A stretch of DNA of 63,974 bases, filler included, from Squatina squatina (taxonomy: Eukaryota): NCBI GenBank assembly GCA_031763465.1. It is 4 parts of 4 records of this genome, joined end to end, with 100 filler letters (N's around TTAATTAATTAA, not from the genome) between each part and the next. Parts side by side here need not be neighbours in the genome. Positions count along the whole stretch, not along the records: positions 35,914 to 51,753 come from JARFOE010000016.1; positions 51,854 to 63,974 come from JARFOE010000162.1; 2 more parts are not named here. The stretch is one strand, 5' to 3'. This document shows, in pieces, positions 50,846-63,974 of this stretch. Position 1 is the first letter of the stretch; each line of letters opens with the position of its first letter. The notes under the pieces are model-generated. The model saw nothing but the letters and a program-made list of their open reading frames with translations. It did not search any database and was not told where the DNA came from. The position numbers and the translations under genes were made by a program.

Positions 50846-51550
50846 GGGGCTGAAATTCATCTCCTGTTGCGCCACATTAGCACCTCCGAGGGGCGCTAAT
50901 GGGGCGAAACAGGAAAAAATGGCACCAGGAGGTGGCCATCTCGCCTCCCAGGGAATTCAGCTGGGGCGCAAAGGTCATCAAGACGTGCGCCAACTCGCAC
51001 TGCACAGCCACAACCTCCTTTGTGGCCCGTTTGCATCCCGCGGGCGGAATTCACCTGCGGGAGGCGGCCTCAGCACTGGGCGGTTGCAGCGACAGCAAAA
51101 CCTATCACTGCAATGGCCCTCTAAAAGGGGAGGGCATGTGCGCCTGCGGCTGCCATCTTTATTTTTCGGCCGGATCAGACCACCACCCCCACGCCTGCAA
51201 CGCCAACTGGTGTGCCAGGCTGGTGGCCCGATCGCCAGTGTCCCTGGTGGCCCAGTGTCGGGCCCGCGGGGTGCTGTCAGGATGGCCGGCGGTCCTCCCC
51301 TTTAAGGGAGGCCTGGCTGTGTTGCTGACGTCAGCACGCTGACGCGGCGCATCTGATGTCACTGACATGGTGCTGATGACACGCCAGTGGCGTAAAAGGC
51401 CAGCCACCTCAGTTACATCCGGGAGCGCGCTGTGCCTCGCACGCATCCTGGAGCGATGAATTCTCCAGTGGGTGGGGCGGGCGACGCCGTGAGAAATGCC
51501 AGCTCCCACCCCATAAGCGCCCCAATGGGGCGCGAATCAATTTCAGCCCC
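50846..51550. mobile_element. Non-autonomous PIF/Harbinger-like MITE (705 nt)
   Basis: 15-bp TIRs GGGGCTGAAATTCAT / ATCAATTTCAGCCCC (one mismatch); inverse homologue of 12849-13511. Confidence 0.85.
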
Positions 51551-51559
51551 ACAGAACAT

Positions 51560-51753
51560 AAAAGCAGAGAGATCATGCTGGAACTTTATAAATCCCTGGT
51601 TTGGCCTCAGCTGGAATATTGTGGACAATTCTGGCAACCACACTTCAGGAAAGGTGTAAAGGCCTTAGAAAGGGTACAGAGGAGGTTTACCAGGATGTTA
51701 CCAGGGATGAGGGACTTCAGTTATGAGGAGAGGTTGGAAAAGTTAGGACTGTT
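51560..51753 (+). mobile_element. CR1-type LINE ORF2 fragment
   Basis: MLELYKSLVWPQLEYCGQFWQPHFRKGVKALERVQRRFTRMLPG. Confidence 0.9.
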
Positions 51754-51853
51754 NNNNNNNNNNNNNNNNNNNNNNNNNNNNNNNNNNNNNNNNNNNNTTA
51801 ATTAATTAANNNNNNNNNNNNNNNNNNNNNNNNNNNNNNNNNNNNNNNNNNNN
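51754..51853. other. Artificial scaffold spacer
   Basis: 44 N + TTAATTAATTAA + 44 N. Confidence 0.95.
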
Positions 51854-53064
51854 ACTCGGAAATTTTACTAAATACAGTCAAAATTCAACTTCAATGTCCA
51901 AATTGAAAGTTTTTTTTCTCCTCTTGATAAGGCAAATATTTTTCTCTTCTCTTGAAAATTCAATATGCAGGAGAGGAAAAACTATTGAAAGAAAATTATT
52001 CAGCCTGTACATAGCAGGTGCATAGTTACCCAAAAAAACACCAGAGCTTGACATCAAAGTCTGTTCTCTGTGCTACATAAAGTGGACCAAGTCCCTAATG
52101 GGCAATTTGTTCACAGCACAAAACTGGTACAAATAGTCTGAGAGAGATCGAATGCAGGAAAGAAAAATTCCCCACTGGTAAGCAAGGATATGTAATGCTG
52201 AGCAATGTGGCTTTACCGAGAGCCGGCCTGTACTCTCCCTAACCTAAGAGTTACACACACCAGGTGCTCAAAGTGCCCAGTAACATCCACCCTCAACTTG
52301 AATACAAAAATATTTTTATTTCCTACACCTGTCCTCTCTTTCTGATACTACCAATGTGTCGTAGTTTTGTATCGGTAACAAACTGCCGCTTAGGAACTAG
52401 GTTTCCGTTCATTTCACTTGGGATCCATTTTAGCCGGTGCAGAGACGACAATATTGTGGCATGGAATTTCCTGCAACAGTGTTATTGACAACTCCAAAAA
52501 AAATCAAAGACATTGCTTATGTCAAACCGTCTAACTCTTCATGGCGCTATTAAGTTTCAAATCCCAGGGATATTATGTAAAAGCAAAGCATAGCTTTCAG
52601 TCTTGGTCATGATTTATAGAATAAATCAGTGCAACAGTCACCTTAGAATGGCTGAACTTCGATGTGTGCTGTGCAGTTCACTGCAGCATATCATTTTGTG
52701 GAGCTCTCTATCATTACTCACAACCTGTCTGTTCAGTATACTGAAAATCTGATCAGGTTATTTATTTTTATTTAGCTAGATATCACTAAATATTTAGCTA
52801 GATATTCCCACCGATATCTGGTGGGAAAAAAACAGAAAGCTGGTGATGAAAAAAGAAAAGTGTTTAAATTTACAAATCTAGGATTTACCATTCATTATTT
52901 TAAAATAACCAGATTAACACCTTTTATTTGGCTGTACTGAATGAGATTCCAGTCATTTTAAAAAAAAGTAATTAAAATACTTTGCTAACTCTAAACATTA
53001 TAGGTATGGAGGAGCTGGTATTATCTTTATATTTTCAGTACTTTAGAATTAGTTTATATATAGT

Positions 53065-53337
53065 ACATAAGCCATTCAGCCTCTCGAGCCTGTTCCACCA
53101 TTCAGTGAAATCATGACTGACCTGTAGCCTAACTCCATCCACCTGCCTTGGCTCCATATCCTTTTATACCCTTGTCTAGCAAAATACATATTGATCTCAG
53201 ATTTAAAGTTATTAATTTAACTAGCATCTACTGCTTTTTGTGGGAGAGAGTTCCACACTTCTACCATCCTTCGTGTGAAGAAGTGTTTCCTAACTTCTCT
53301 CACAAATGGCCTGGCTCTGATTTTAAGATTATGACCC
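53065..53337 (-). mobile_element. CR1-type LINE 3' end
   Basis: gccattcagcctctcgagcctgttccaccattca...gagagttccacacttctacc. Confidence 0.8.
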
Positions 53338-55120
53338 NNNNNNNNNNNNNNNNNNNNNNNNNNNNNNNNNNNNNNNNNNNNNNNNNNNNNNNNNNNNNNN
53401 NNNNNNNNNNNNNNNNNNNNNNNNNNNNNNNNNNNNNATTTATGTGATTTTATCCCAACGTACCCAGGTTTTTCTCCTGATGTTCTCCCATTTTGACACT
53501 AAAAGTAGAACTGAAAACTCCTGAAGAAACATGTCTTTTTAAATTGGCAGTAACAATGATGAGTGCTCCTTGCATGGAGTCCCATGGGCATAAACAGTTA
53601 CAATGCAAGAACGTTAAACTTGCAATTATTAGAAAATGGATTTGAAAACCCATGCACAAGCATTTTATATTTAATGTACTTCTGTGTTGAAATGGTGGTG
53701 TGTGATATTAGTAATTAGTATGAAATTTCTCGGTCTCATTTTAACAAAAGCAAACAGGAGGAAAATCATACAAATGCATTAATTACTAATGTCATATGGC
53801 ACAATTTCAATCTAGTTGATCTTTTCATATTATCTTACTCAAGGAATTTCCCAGTACTATATGATCTTAATTAACATTTTTGGAAATATGGATCAAGATA
53901 TATGAATTACATTGAAAATAAATGATTCAATTTTATGTCATTCCTTTCTAAACCTGATTGTTACTTTCCTGTTTTCATTAAATTAATATTTTAAATATTC
54001 TATGTATGCAATATTCTTCAGTTGTTTTTAATACTGTAGTTTATTATACTTGTTTTGTTTTGGGCTATGAAATATATTCACAAATAGAAACTGAGTTACC
54101 AGGCATTTGTGAGCTAAGTAGTTGGAGCTCATCGGCCATCTATGGCTCAAAGACTGCAATTTGAGTATAGTATTACACTCTGGTGTAAATCAAAGCTGGG
54201 TGGCAATATTTAGTCCTGTAATGGGTCCTTGAAATTTGTGTTCAGTGTATTAACAGTTTGTTGATTGAAGTGTACAGATAATGCTGTTAAAAATTGGGAT
54301 CCTGACAGAAAATTAACAGTTCTGTGAAATTAAAGTATCCTGATAGGAACTGAGACATTTAAGATGTTATAATCCCCATATTCCAGACCAATATACCCTT
54401 TTTGGAGTGGTTCCTACCTATGGATAATTTTGTCCTGCAAAAAAAAATGCATTATTTTCAATGTTTACTTTATATACTCGAAAATCTAATTTAAATGGAA
54501 CCTCATCATTTACCTGATCATTTTTACAAGTGTCCCATAAACTGATGCACCAGTGAATCCCGGGAAAACTTCAGAAGATCGACTGTTCCATTAATTGTTT
54601 TTTTAAAAAAATGTTTTACATTGTGACAGCAAATGCACTGTGCATTTGCAAATCAGCCCAGAGTAATTCTTGGTATAATCTGAATAAATCCCCATAATCA
54701 NNNNNNNNNNATAATCATTATTATGCCACTCAATTAAAATTCAGAAGGGTTATTAAGATCTCAGGCTCAAAACTACTATTGGGGTGATATGAATTGACAA
54801 ACAGTTAATCCATTCATAAGACCTTCATTTGTCTGCTATTTTAACAGAGGACTAACCCATTCATTAAATGAGTTACCTTGGTTAAAATAGTGGTGAGGAA
54901 TGCTACACAAGCCTATAAGCATTCATCGGCTAAAAGAGACAACAGTAATTTCAAGCTTCTTGTGTAATGTAAATTGAAAATATTGCATTACTTGAATCTC
55001 ATGCCCAAGCAACCAGAAAGTGCCTTTATTTAACAAAATCATAGACCCTCAAGTCTGCTAGGGATCTCACTAAGTTTGCCGCAAAAACTGAATGTGAAAA
55101 TGTAAAGATGGTTACGTTTA

Positions 55121-55300
<180 letters not shown>

Positions 55301-55895
55301 TTAAAAATCTGGCATTTGTAAACTTTACAGAGTACACATACAATAAGATTTTCCTTTATTATTACATCCAATTTTTACCAACTGCAGTAAATAAAGCAAA
55401 TGAGGCATTATATTGTAAGTTAGAAAATGTTACGGTTTCACTGAAATAAGTTTTATTTGCTTAATACTGACAATCTATATGTACTGCAGGAACTATGGGA
55501 ATTCTGTAAAAAGCCATCAGCTCACTAATACAATAACTGCCCAACAAGAAAATACTACATTTGTAAACCTAAATGAAGTAATTATTCAATAAGTGCATAA
55601 AACCATCAAGACATCATGGGTAATAGCTCTGACATGAGCGAGTGTTCTGTTGTGTTTCATTAGCTACTTATTCACTCAGACATACTGTCCTTGCCTTGCG
55701 GCATTTTTAATCTAGTGAAGAAGACAGGAATCAATTCAGTTCAGTTTCCTTCAGAATGACAGAATACGTCCTTGGAGTGACTTATAATGACATCTANNNN
55801 NNNNNNNNNNNNNNNNNNNNNNNNNNNNNNNNNNNNNNNNNNNNNNNNNNNNNNNNNNNNNNNNNNNNNNNNNNNNNNNNNNNNNNNNNNNNNNN

Positions 55896-55980
55896 NACCT
55901 TCCCCCGCCACACAATACTGCCCCCCAACTATCAAGATCCACGGCGAGACCTTGGTCAATGTGGACCACTTTCCATTACC
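55896..55980 (+). mobile_element. RTE LINE fragment
   Basis: PATQYCPPTIKIHGETLVNVDHFP matches the peptide at 4960-5040. Confidence 0.75.
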
Positions 55981-56780
55981 TTTAGAGCCATATAACAATA
56001 GGTGATTTAGCTTGTAAAGGAAAGATGTATTATACTAATAACTTTAGCTTTGTCAGTGATTTTTGCTTCACACAACATAAGAGTGACAGTGAAGGCCCAA
56101 TTCCCTTATTGCAGAGTAAATGTATGATTACATTACTTGTGCACTTCTACAAGATTTTCTGAGGTCATCTGATATAAAAAAGCTTTCCCACTATGGTGGC
56201 AGGTGGACAGAAAATGGAACTGCCGCAGTTCTTAAAAGGTTCATTTTTCAAGTGTGGCACACTGTTCTGGAAATGTTTATATGCCCTAGAGCAAAGCGTA
56301 GACCTAAAGTCTTGATGTGCTCCTGGAAGAGGTACAGCTGACGGAGGTGGCAATTTTGGGGACCCAAGTCAATGTGCAGCAAACATTTCAGGAGATGGCT
56401 ACTTGAGTAAATGTAACCTCTCACATCTATAGATCATGGCAGAAAATGAGAAAACAAGTTCTCTGGATTGAGGAGCATGCAAAGGCAGATCTAACTAAAG
56501 TGTGCCCACTATAAAGGAAGGAATTCTTGGACTATGCATGAATCAGGAACTGAATCCACAACATTGGTATAACATTAGCAATGCAGCCTGGAAATATCAA
56601 AAAAGTAATTGAGACTGATCATGTGAATGAGTATGTCATATTCACTTGGGGCATAACAACCATTCCATTTCCATTAAGTATTCTCTTTATAGTTATTTTT
56701 CTGAACTCTAATAGTTGCGGAAATGTTCTGAGTGTTTTGTAATTAGAAAATATGCTAACAAGGAACCTGTAAAATAATCA

Positions 56781-57008
<228 letters not shown>

Positions 57009-57544
57009 TTATTCTACATAAATAACCTTACGGTTTAAATTATTCTACATAAATGGGGTAAATCTTGCACCACCCCATTCCAGGTGCAGAGCCTTACTTG
57101 GCAAATGTGCAGATTGGACTACTGGGTGTAGAGGTCAGCCTGATTTGCAGCACTCCCAATTTTCCAGTGATTAAAAATCAGGAGCATCACAAATCAGACA
57201 AATGGGGGTCTTTTCCCCAAGTCTCAAGTTTCTGATCACAACCATCCTGCTAGAGGTACTGCTGAATCAATACCTGCTCTTTTCGCTATATGTCCTATGT
57301 GGCAGGGAGACAAATGGGAAAACATTGGAGAATAAGAGACTGCGGAGCAGAGAAGAGCCAAGGGTCTTTGACCAAAGTAAATGAAGGTAGCGGGCAGTCC
57401 CGTGCCACTGTGCTTTGGGCCTTAGCCAGCTTTCTCCGTTTCAGCGTTCAACAGACACGCTTCCTCTCTGAGACCAAACAACTGCGCACTACAGCCCGCC
57501 TCCCGCTCAAGTCTGCTTTCTCCAAAAAAGAGAAGACTGAGTGG

Positions 57545-57908
57545 TGAACTGAGAGGGGTCTTTAAGATTTGGAAAGGGTTTGACAGGGTGGACGCAGAGA
57601 AGATGTTTCCACTTGCGGGCGAGACCAGAACCAGGAGCCATAAGTCTAAGATAGTCACTAATAAATCCAATAGGGAATTCAGGAGAAACTTCATTAGCCA
57701 GAGAGTGGTGAGAATGTGGAACTTGCTCCCACAGGGAGTGGTTGAGGCGAATAGTATAGATACATTTAAGGAGAAGCTGGATAAACAAATGAGGGAGAAA
57801 GGAATAGAGGGATATACCGAAAGGGTGAGATAAAGAGGGATGGAGGAAGCTCGTGTGGAGCTGGGCCGAATGGCCTGTTTCTGTGCTGTACATTCTCTGT
57901 AATTCTAT
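57545..57908 (+). mobile_element. CR1-type LINE 3' end
   Basis: VDAEKMFPLAGETRTRSH...FISQRVVRMWNLLPQGVVEA; gggccgaatggcctgtttctgtgctgt tail. Confidence 0.85.
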
Positions 57909-60114
57909 GTAAATAGCGGCCAGGTACAGTATGGATGCTTGGCTGAGGCTGGGGTTAAGGCACATTGTTGGGGCAGAGTAATGGGGAACCTTGTGCATCG
58001 TAACTGCGGCTTACCTAATTCGAGGGTAGTGGCATTGCACAAAGTGTTCAATTCCCCAGAACTAACTTCCTTCCATGACGGCAAATACTTCTCTTCACCA
58101 CCCTCCCCCACAAAAGGCAGGCTTGGTGCAGGCCATTCAGTCCATCCAGCTCTAGCCCCTGTTGTTTTTCTAGCTCCGGGTTGGGAATTTCCTGCTCAGT
58201 CGTGGAGACGCCACACTTGGCTGTTGACAGGCCAGCCATTGACAGGTAGGCCTCTGGTGCCAAAGAGTCTGTCCAACAGCAGCCGCGAGGGACCAAAACG
58301 TCAACAAAAGAAAGTCTGACGTGCCCCTTCAATGGCTCGGTCAGTAATATGTGGTGGTCAGTGTGGAATNNNNNNNNNNNNNNNNNNNNNNNNNNNNNNN
58401 NNNNNNNNNNNNNNNNNNNNNNNNNNNNNNNNNNNNNNNNNNNNNNNNNNNNNNNNNNNNNNNNNNNNNAAAAAAGGTACTGCAATAATCATGGGCAATT
58501 TTGATCTTCAGATAGATTAAGATACATACTTAGCTTAATAATTTTTTATTTTGCAATAAGCGTTATTAATTTCTGTATTGATAAAAGAAAATTAGGAAAC
58601 TAAATCAAACTTCACATCTTTCGCCAACTAGATTCATGTTATGGCTATGTCATCTTTTTGACAACTCGATCTACTGCAGCTTAGAGTCTTTTGGATTTAC
58701 CAACAATTTCATTTACTGTTTCAAACCACTTCAGAAATTCACCCAATAATCTCCACCTTGTCTTAGTGCAGTTCAAATAACTCCCAAGTTCTACCGTATT
58801 TCTGTACTATGTGCATTAGTTATGCCATAAAACAATGCTTGCTAGTAATCTTTTTGACAGGTGAGGCACATGGTATACATTACCACATAAATTAATATGA
58901 CAAAATTAACTCTCAAATCCCCAATGTTCCACATTTAGTTTGAAAGAATAACATTGTATCCTACATCAATTTTAATATTTTAACACAATGAAAATTCCAC
59001 AAATTCTCATCTCTACAGAGACGATTCCAGACTCCTTCCTTAGGCAATCTATGAGTCAAGATAGCCAAGCTCTCTGGTTACCACAGCATATGTGATTTAA
59101 ACTTAACNNNNNNNNNNNNNNNNNNNNNNNNNNNNNNNNNNNNNNNNNNNNNNNNNNNNNNNNNNNNNNNNNNNNNNNNNNNNNNNNNNNNNNNNNNNNN
59201 NNNNNNNTGGGCATCTCTAAAGTTCTGTATGTCAAGAAATTAAAGCAGTTGCCAATTGCTGGTGCCATTCTACATTTCTTGTGCTGGCACAGTCATTTTT
59301 TAAAAATGTGCTTGTTTCAGTTGGTACCCATGGAGCAGCCATGGTATGGGTCAAAACAACAGCTGATTGGGCAAATAGTTTAGTGAGCAACATCAATTGG
59401 AGAGAGACAGCCATTTTTATCCCTACTTGCTGGTTCTAAACACTCCCCATTGACTAAATACAGCAGTGTTCATTTATTAGATTATTGGCTAGAAATTCTT
59501 TTGTGCATTATACCTATCCTATGGGGAAAGTTATACCGTGGGATAAATATACCACATGGAGGAATTTCTAACCATATGCCATATTAATGATCACCTTGTG
59601 TGGGCCTGTATAAACAGTGTGCAGTGATGACAATCAATTTTATAGTGAAGTTCAAAGTCCCATCTATGTAAGCATATCTCTATTTATTAAAATACACCAC
59701 TTGCTGATTATGCAGCAGAATTAACTTTTCCAGCCAAACTCAGCTCCTGCCTTTAGACATTCTTTTCACATGTAACTAATAGTATTGTTTTAGGGAGATA
59801 CAGCCAGCATTTCAAGACTATACTGTAAAAAAAAGCCTCCATAAATGTATGTAATTTAAAATGATGTGAATGGGAAAAGATGAAAATAAGAACAAACTAG
59901 GTTTATCAGTTTCCAAATTATTTTAATGCAAATGCTGTTAATTTATTTTCAATGTTTGGTGAAATTGTCTTTGACAGCATTTCACTAAGCAGGATTTTAT
60001 TTTAGCTTCCAACATAGTCTTTTCAGTTCAGACTCTTAATAACAACTTCTGCCTTCCTGTGGGAATACCATAAAATCATCAGATTCTGTTACTAACATGC
60101 ATCATTATTTGTAC

Positions 60115-60530
60115 ACTGAAATCTGCTGGAACAGACAAGCATCTATATTTTGTCCTCAGGACATCCGATATCCAATGAATTACTTTTTAATCAGTCACAT
60201 ATGTAAACATGGTAGCAAATCTGCACACGACAAAGTCCCACAAACAGCAAATGAGACAAGTAACCAGTTAGTCTGCTTTTGGTGGAGATGGTTGAGGGAG
60301 GAACATTAGCCAGGGACTGGGTGAGTTCCTGCTTAATTTCAAATAATCCTTTGTGATCTACACATCCAGTTGAACCACCTGAACAAGTAGGTGGGGCATG
60401 GTTTAAGTCTTATTCGAGAGTTGACACACCTGACACTGCAACACTCCCGCAACAGTGCAGTGAAACGTCAGCCTAGATTATATGCTCAAATCGTGGAGCC
60501 TAACTTCAACCCACAACCTTATGACTCTAA
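60115..60530 (-). mobile_element. Old SacSINE1-type SINE
   Basis: Reverse-complement blocks cctcaggacatcc, gtcagcctagattatatgctcaa, aacccacaacctt. Confidence 0.65.
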
Positions 60531-60699
60531 AGGCTATGTAAAGTCTGTCAAAAATGAAAAAGAAAAATGGGCAAAGTTCAGAACAGAACACAGAAGCAAC
60601 AGAGGTTCTTCAAGAGTTAGTCAGTTCTGCAATTTGAACAGTGAAAACTGATTAATTGGGCTTATGCTTCTAAATGTTCACGGGTCTGTTATGGACTTA

Positions 60700-60859
60700 T
60701 GTTCACTGAGATTGATAGATTTTTCTTAGGCATGGGTATTAAGGGATTCGGAACCAAGGCGGGGAGATAGAGTTAAGGTACAGATCAGCCATGATCTAAT
60801 TCAATTGTGGAACAGGCTCAAGGGGCTGAATGGCCTACTCCTGTTCCTATGTTCCTATG
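60700..60859 (+). mobile_element. CR1-type LINE tail
   Basis: cagatcagccatgatctaatt...ggctgaatggcctactcctgttcctatgttcctatg. Confidence 0.8.
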
Positions 60860-62107
60860 ATAGTGCAGAGAATAGTAGTGAAATTATTGATAGACTAGCA
60901 ACACATAATCAGCAATTGAACTTAGTGCTTTAGAATTTTTGTTTGACAAGACTTTTTTTCTCTTTATTAACTTTATTTGAATTGTTGGATTTATAGTGGT
61001 GATAATGGTTTTTTTTTTTTAAAACCTTATTGTGAAATCTCTATTTCAAAAAAAGATTTTTCAAAGTAGGTTTATTTGGTCTGGCAAGCTCATATCCAAA
61101 CGCCTCCCAAACAAAAATCCTGCCTCCTCCACTGATCAGAGTAGACTGTATGTGTACAGGAGAAGTCATTGTAGGAGATGTGTTAACTATGTTGCAACAG
61201 ATTGGAGTGGTACCATAAAGGAGAGGTGATAGAGAAGCAAATCATATTGAAGGATACATAGAGAAAGAGGTCAAGGAATACTGGAGGATTATCGCACTAC
61301 AGGGTATCATTAAAGACTTTGACCAGGGCAGAAATCAGTGTAAAAGGATTCAAGTATAATATAGTGGGAGCGATGGTCATGAAGTTGGGTGGTGATGGCA
61401 TGTTTGAAGACTTGAGAGGAAAAGAAGTTTGGACATTAGTTGGAGGGGATGAAGTGCACAAAGTTGAGCTTTTAAAAGGGAGAGAGTTGAGGAAGGTAGC
61501 ATTGACAGAGGAGAGATAGCATAGTAAAGAGGGAAAGGCAAAAATGAAAAGGTATCTCACAATCATGGAGCAAGTGAGAATAAGGAATATTGGAGGCATA
61601 CAATGGATAAGAACAGAGAATAATTGTGTCATGTGCATATCATTTGCTTAACTGTTGAAATGATCAACACCCCTTCTAAATAAAACATTACCCTAGAAAG
61701 TGCAATAGGAAATGACAAAGAATTGATAACTGTATTCTTGCAATAGACTTCTGAATTTGCCTCATTTGTCTGTGAGAGTGATGAACAAAGGAGGAAGTAG
61801 AGTTTCAATAAAATCAGCAGTTTTCCAGTTATTGTGAAAAGACACAAGCAATGTCAAAATCCGATGAAGCTGATTTCAAAGTAGCTGCAGAAAATTGAAA
61901 TTTGAAAAGGCTTTCTCATAGTTTCATTCCTACTGAAGAAATGCTGCTACTGCTGCTCTCGGTTTAATTTTACTATTCAAATAGCAAATAAAAAGATAAC
62001 AACGTGCNNNNNNNNNNNNNNNNNNNNNNNNNNNNNNNNNNNNNNNNNNNNNNNNNNNNNNNNNNNNNNNNNNNNNNNNNNNNNNNNNNNNNNNNNNNNN
62101 NNNNNNN

Positions 62108-62352
62108 CTGCACTATTGAAGCAATGCTACATGTTGGAGGGGCTGTCTTTTAGATAAAACATTAAACCAAGGGCCTGTCTTAGTCTACCTGTTCAGGTGA
62201 GCCTAACAGATCCCACAACACTATTTGAAGAAGGGCAAGAAATTCTCCTGGTGCCCTGGCCAGCTGTTTACGTAACATTATGTGCACATTAGCCGCAATC
62301 AGGAGAGTGGCATTTTGGGGATGGAGAAATGCAAAGACGCTATATAAAGGCA
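62108..62352 (+). mobile_element. Old SacSINE1-type SINE fragment
   Basis: ttaaaccaagggcc...gatcccacaacactatttgaagaag...gctatataaaggca. Confidence 0.6.
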
Positions 62353-63455
62353 NNNNNNNNNNTATGTCATTTGAAGACTATGTAAATGGACTAAACATTT
62401 AACAGTTGAGTATTACACTCAGATATTTGCCCATACCACCAGTTGACATGAGTCAACACATTACATGTTTCTATTTAAAATTACTTCTTTCAAGCAATTG
62501 TTGAGGACAAAAACTCATTGTATTTTTCACAGAGCCAAAGGCCGTTGCACCATTGTAACAACATGAATATTGTGATTTAAGATAGAAGGATGAATACAGT
62601 CTTTTGACATAAAGTTTAAGAAGTTCAATGCTCTCAAAAAATTCCTGCAATTATGCAAATTCATTATACTGTAACTTGGTACATCTGACATGCAGTAAAG
62701 AGGAGTTCAAGCCATAAAAATACATAGACTATTTCTTGTATCTCAAAAGCCTATTTGTCTCCAGTTGAGAAAAACAGCTTCTCTGAAAGTGAATGACCTT
62801 TTGGTAAAAAGTTTGGGAAATAAGGGAAAAAGGCTAATTTACTATCTGCCTTTAAAAACTGGAATATCCGGATCTCCCAGGGGGCTAGTGAGATTATGCA
62901 ATGACAAGCTGAGTCATATAGGCCAGGAGGATCCCTGATTCGATCCGAAATTTGTCATGAGTTAGACAATTGTGATCATGATGGCAAATCTTAGTATNNN
63001 NNNNNNNNNNNNNNNNNNNNNNNNNNNNNNNNNNNNNNNNNNNNNNNNNNNNNNNNNNNNNNNNNNNNNNNNNNNNNNNNNNNNNNNNNNNNNNNNNAGA
63101 AGAAAAGGCGATACAGTACAGCAATATTTATGCCACCTTGTTCGGATAACCACTTTACTACAGGATCTATTAATAGCATTTGCTGATGTTAAAACTATGT
63201 TAGGAGACCTGATGAATCAAGACTGGCAACAGCTGGAAACAGCCGTACACGTTAGTCTCCAAATATTGCGAGTACACGATCTGTGCAGCAAAAAAAAAAT
63301 CAATATCGAATCGGCACCATAAATGAGACAGTAAAGGTTGAGCTGTGCCAGTATCTTATCCTCATATTCGAGAGTTACAATTCCTTTGGAAAGCAAAATA
63401 CAAACAGTATTATCCCTTGGAAGAGCTCTGCCCCCTTTCTTTGTGACTGACTTAC

Positions 63456-63468
63456 CGTCCACAGCCAT
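63456..63468 (-). CDS. SAMD10: SAMD10 first coding segment (ATG GCT GTG GAC G)
   Basis: gcaATGG Kozak-like start, MAVD, perfect G|gtaagt donor. It matches the MAV(D/E) start I recall for SAMD10/SAMD12, on the same strand and upstream of the other exons. Confidence 0.7.
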
Positions 63469-63974
63469 TGCGTTGAGTGCTGGCAGTCTAGAACATTGCC
63501 ATCCTGTTCGGGCGCTCAGTGTGCCGGCAGCACGATCACTGGATGCTGCTGGACAGTAACAGGATGTTTTCAGCTCTTCTGTTCTCTCACATCGCCTCCG
63601 GGCCACCGGAAATACGCCCGGAGCCTCCTTTCAAAGAGCTACATTTGGGGCAATCCACAAAAAAAAACACACGAACCTCAACGTCACGGAGCTTGCGGTG
63701 AGAAAGGATTCTTTTGTGAGACAGAATCTTCTTAAGAGTCAATTATCACCAATAGGTGACTTGCTCGCAGAATGTCTATCCTTAAAAACGCAGGTCACAA
63801 CCTGTATCCCTGGAAGAACGGGCTCTGGTATTTCCCTACCTGCCGATGTCTTCTTGCAGCACCAGGGAGGTGGCTGAGAACAAAGGGACAGCATGTCAGC
63901 ATATTTATTGATATATCCGTGGAATTGGACCAACTTTCAAAGCGCCCACGGAAACACCGAAAGTTTTTTTGTCA

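Noticed and set aside
50814-51659. Overlapping 100-160 aa ORFs, similar to ORFs at 12859-13561
   Set aside because: They are stop-poor frames in a GC-rich MITE; the similarity is at the DNA-repeat level.
59208-59268. AIGNCFNFLTYRTLEMP as the missing SAMD10 second exon
   Set aside because: No polypyrimidine tract and only vague similarity; cannot be supported.
63098-63933. Long, mostly open frames on both strands, including an ISAs1-like VDGK motif
   Set aside because: Multiple stops and no recognisable domain. AVDGK is the SAMD10 MAVD segment read through its splice donor.

Overview
This is vertebrate nuclear DNA, not prokaryotic. The repeat content (Deu-domain SacSINE1-type SINEs, CR1/HER1-type LINE tails, L2, RTE, PIF/Harbinger elements) points to a shark. 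The window is four unrelated, gap-rich scaffolds joined by artificial 100-nt spacers (44 N + TTAATTAATTAA + 44 N) at 17762-17861, 35814-35913 and 51754-51853. Segment 1 carries minus-strand exons of ESD, HTR2A and SUCLA2 in the same order as human 13q14, with a probable 3' UTR (perhaps LRCH1) at the left. Segment 2 is the 5' part of agrin (an NtA exon and a follistatin-repeat exon), with many SINEs and a broken histone H2B copy. Segment 3 has no gene I can name: a Harbinger Myb/SANT remnant, a MITE and a few splice-bounded open stretches. Segment 4 is SAMD10. Many exons are missing, presumably inside the 100-N gaps. I found no CRISPR array, rRNA, true tRNA or new multi-gene system. The best leads are two Gly-to-Asp changes in conserved SUCLA2 active-site loops, a tiled uORF cluster ahead of HTR2A, a Harbinger Myb gene with matching MITEs, and an orphan exon in segment 3. 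Gene calls come from my recall of vertebrate protein sequences, with no database search. Repeat boundaries are approximate.
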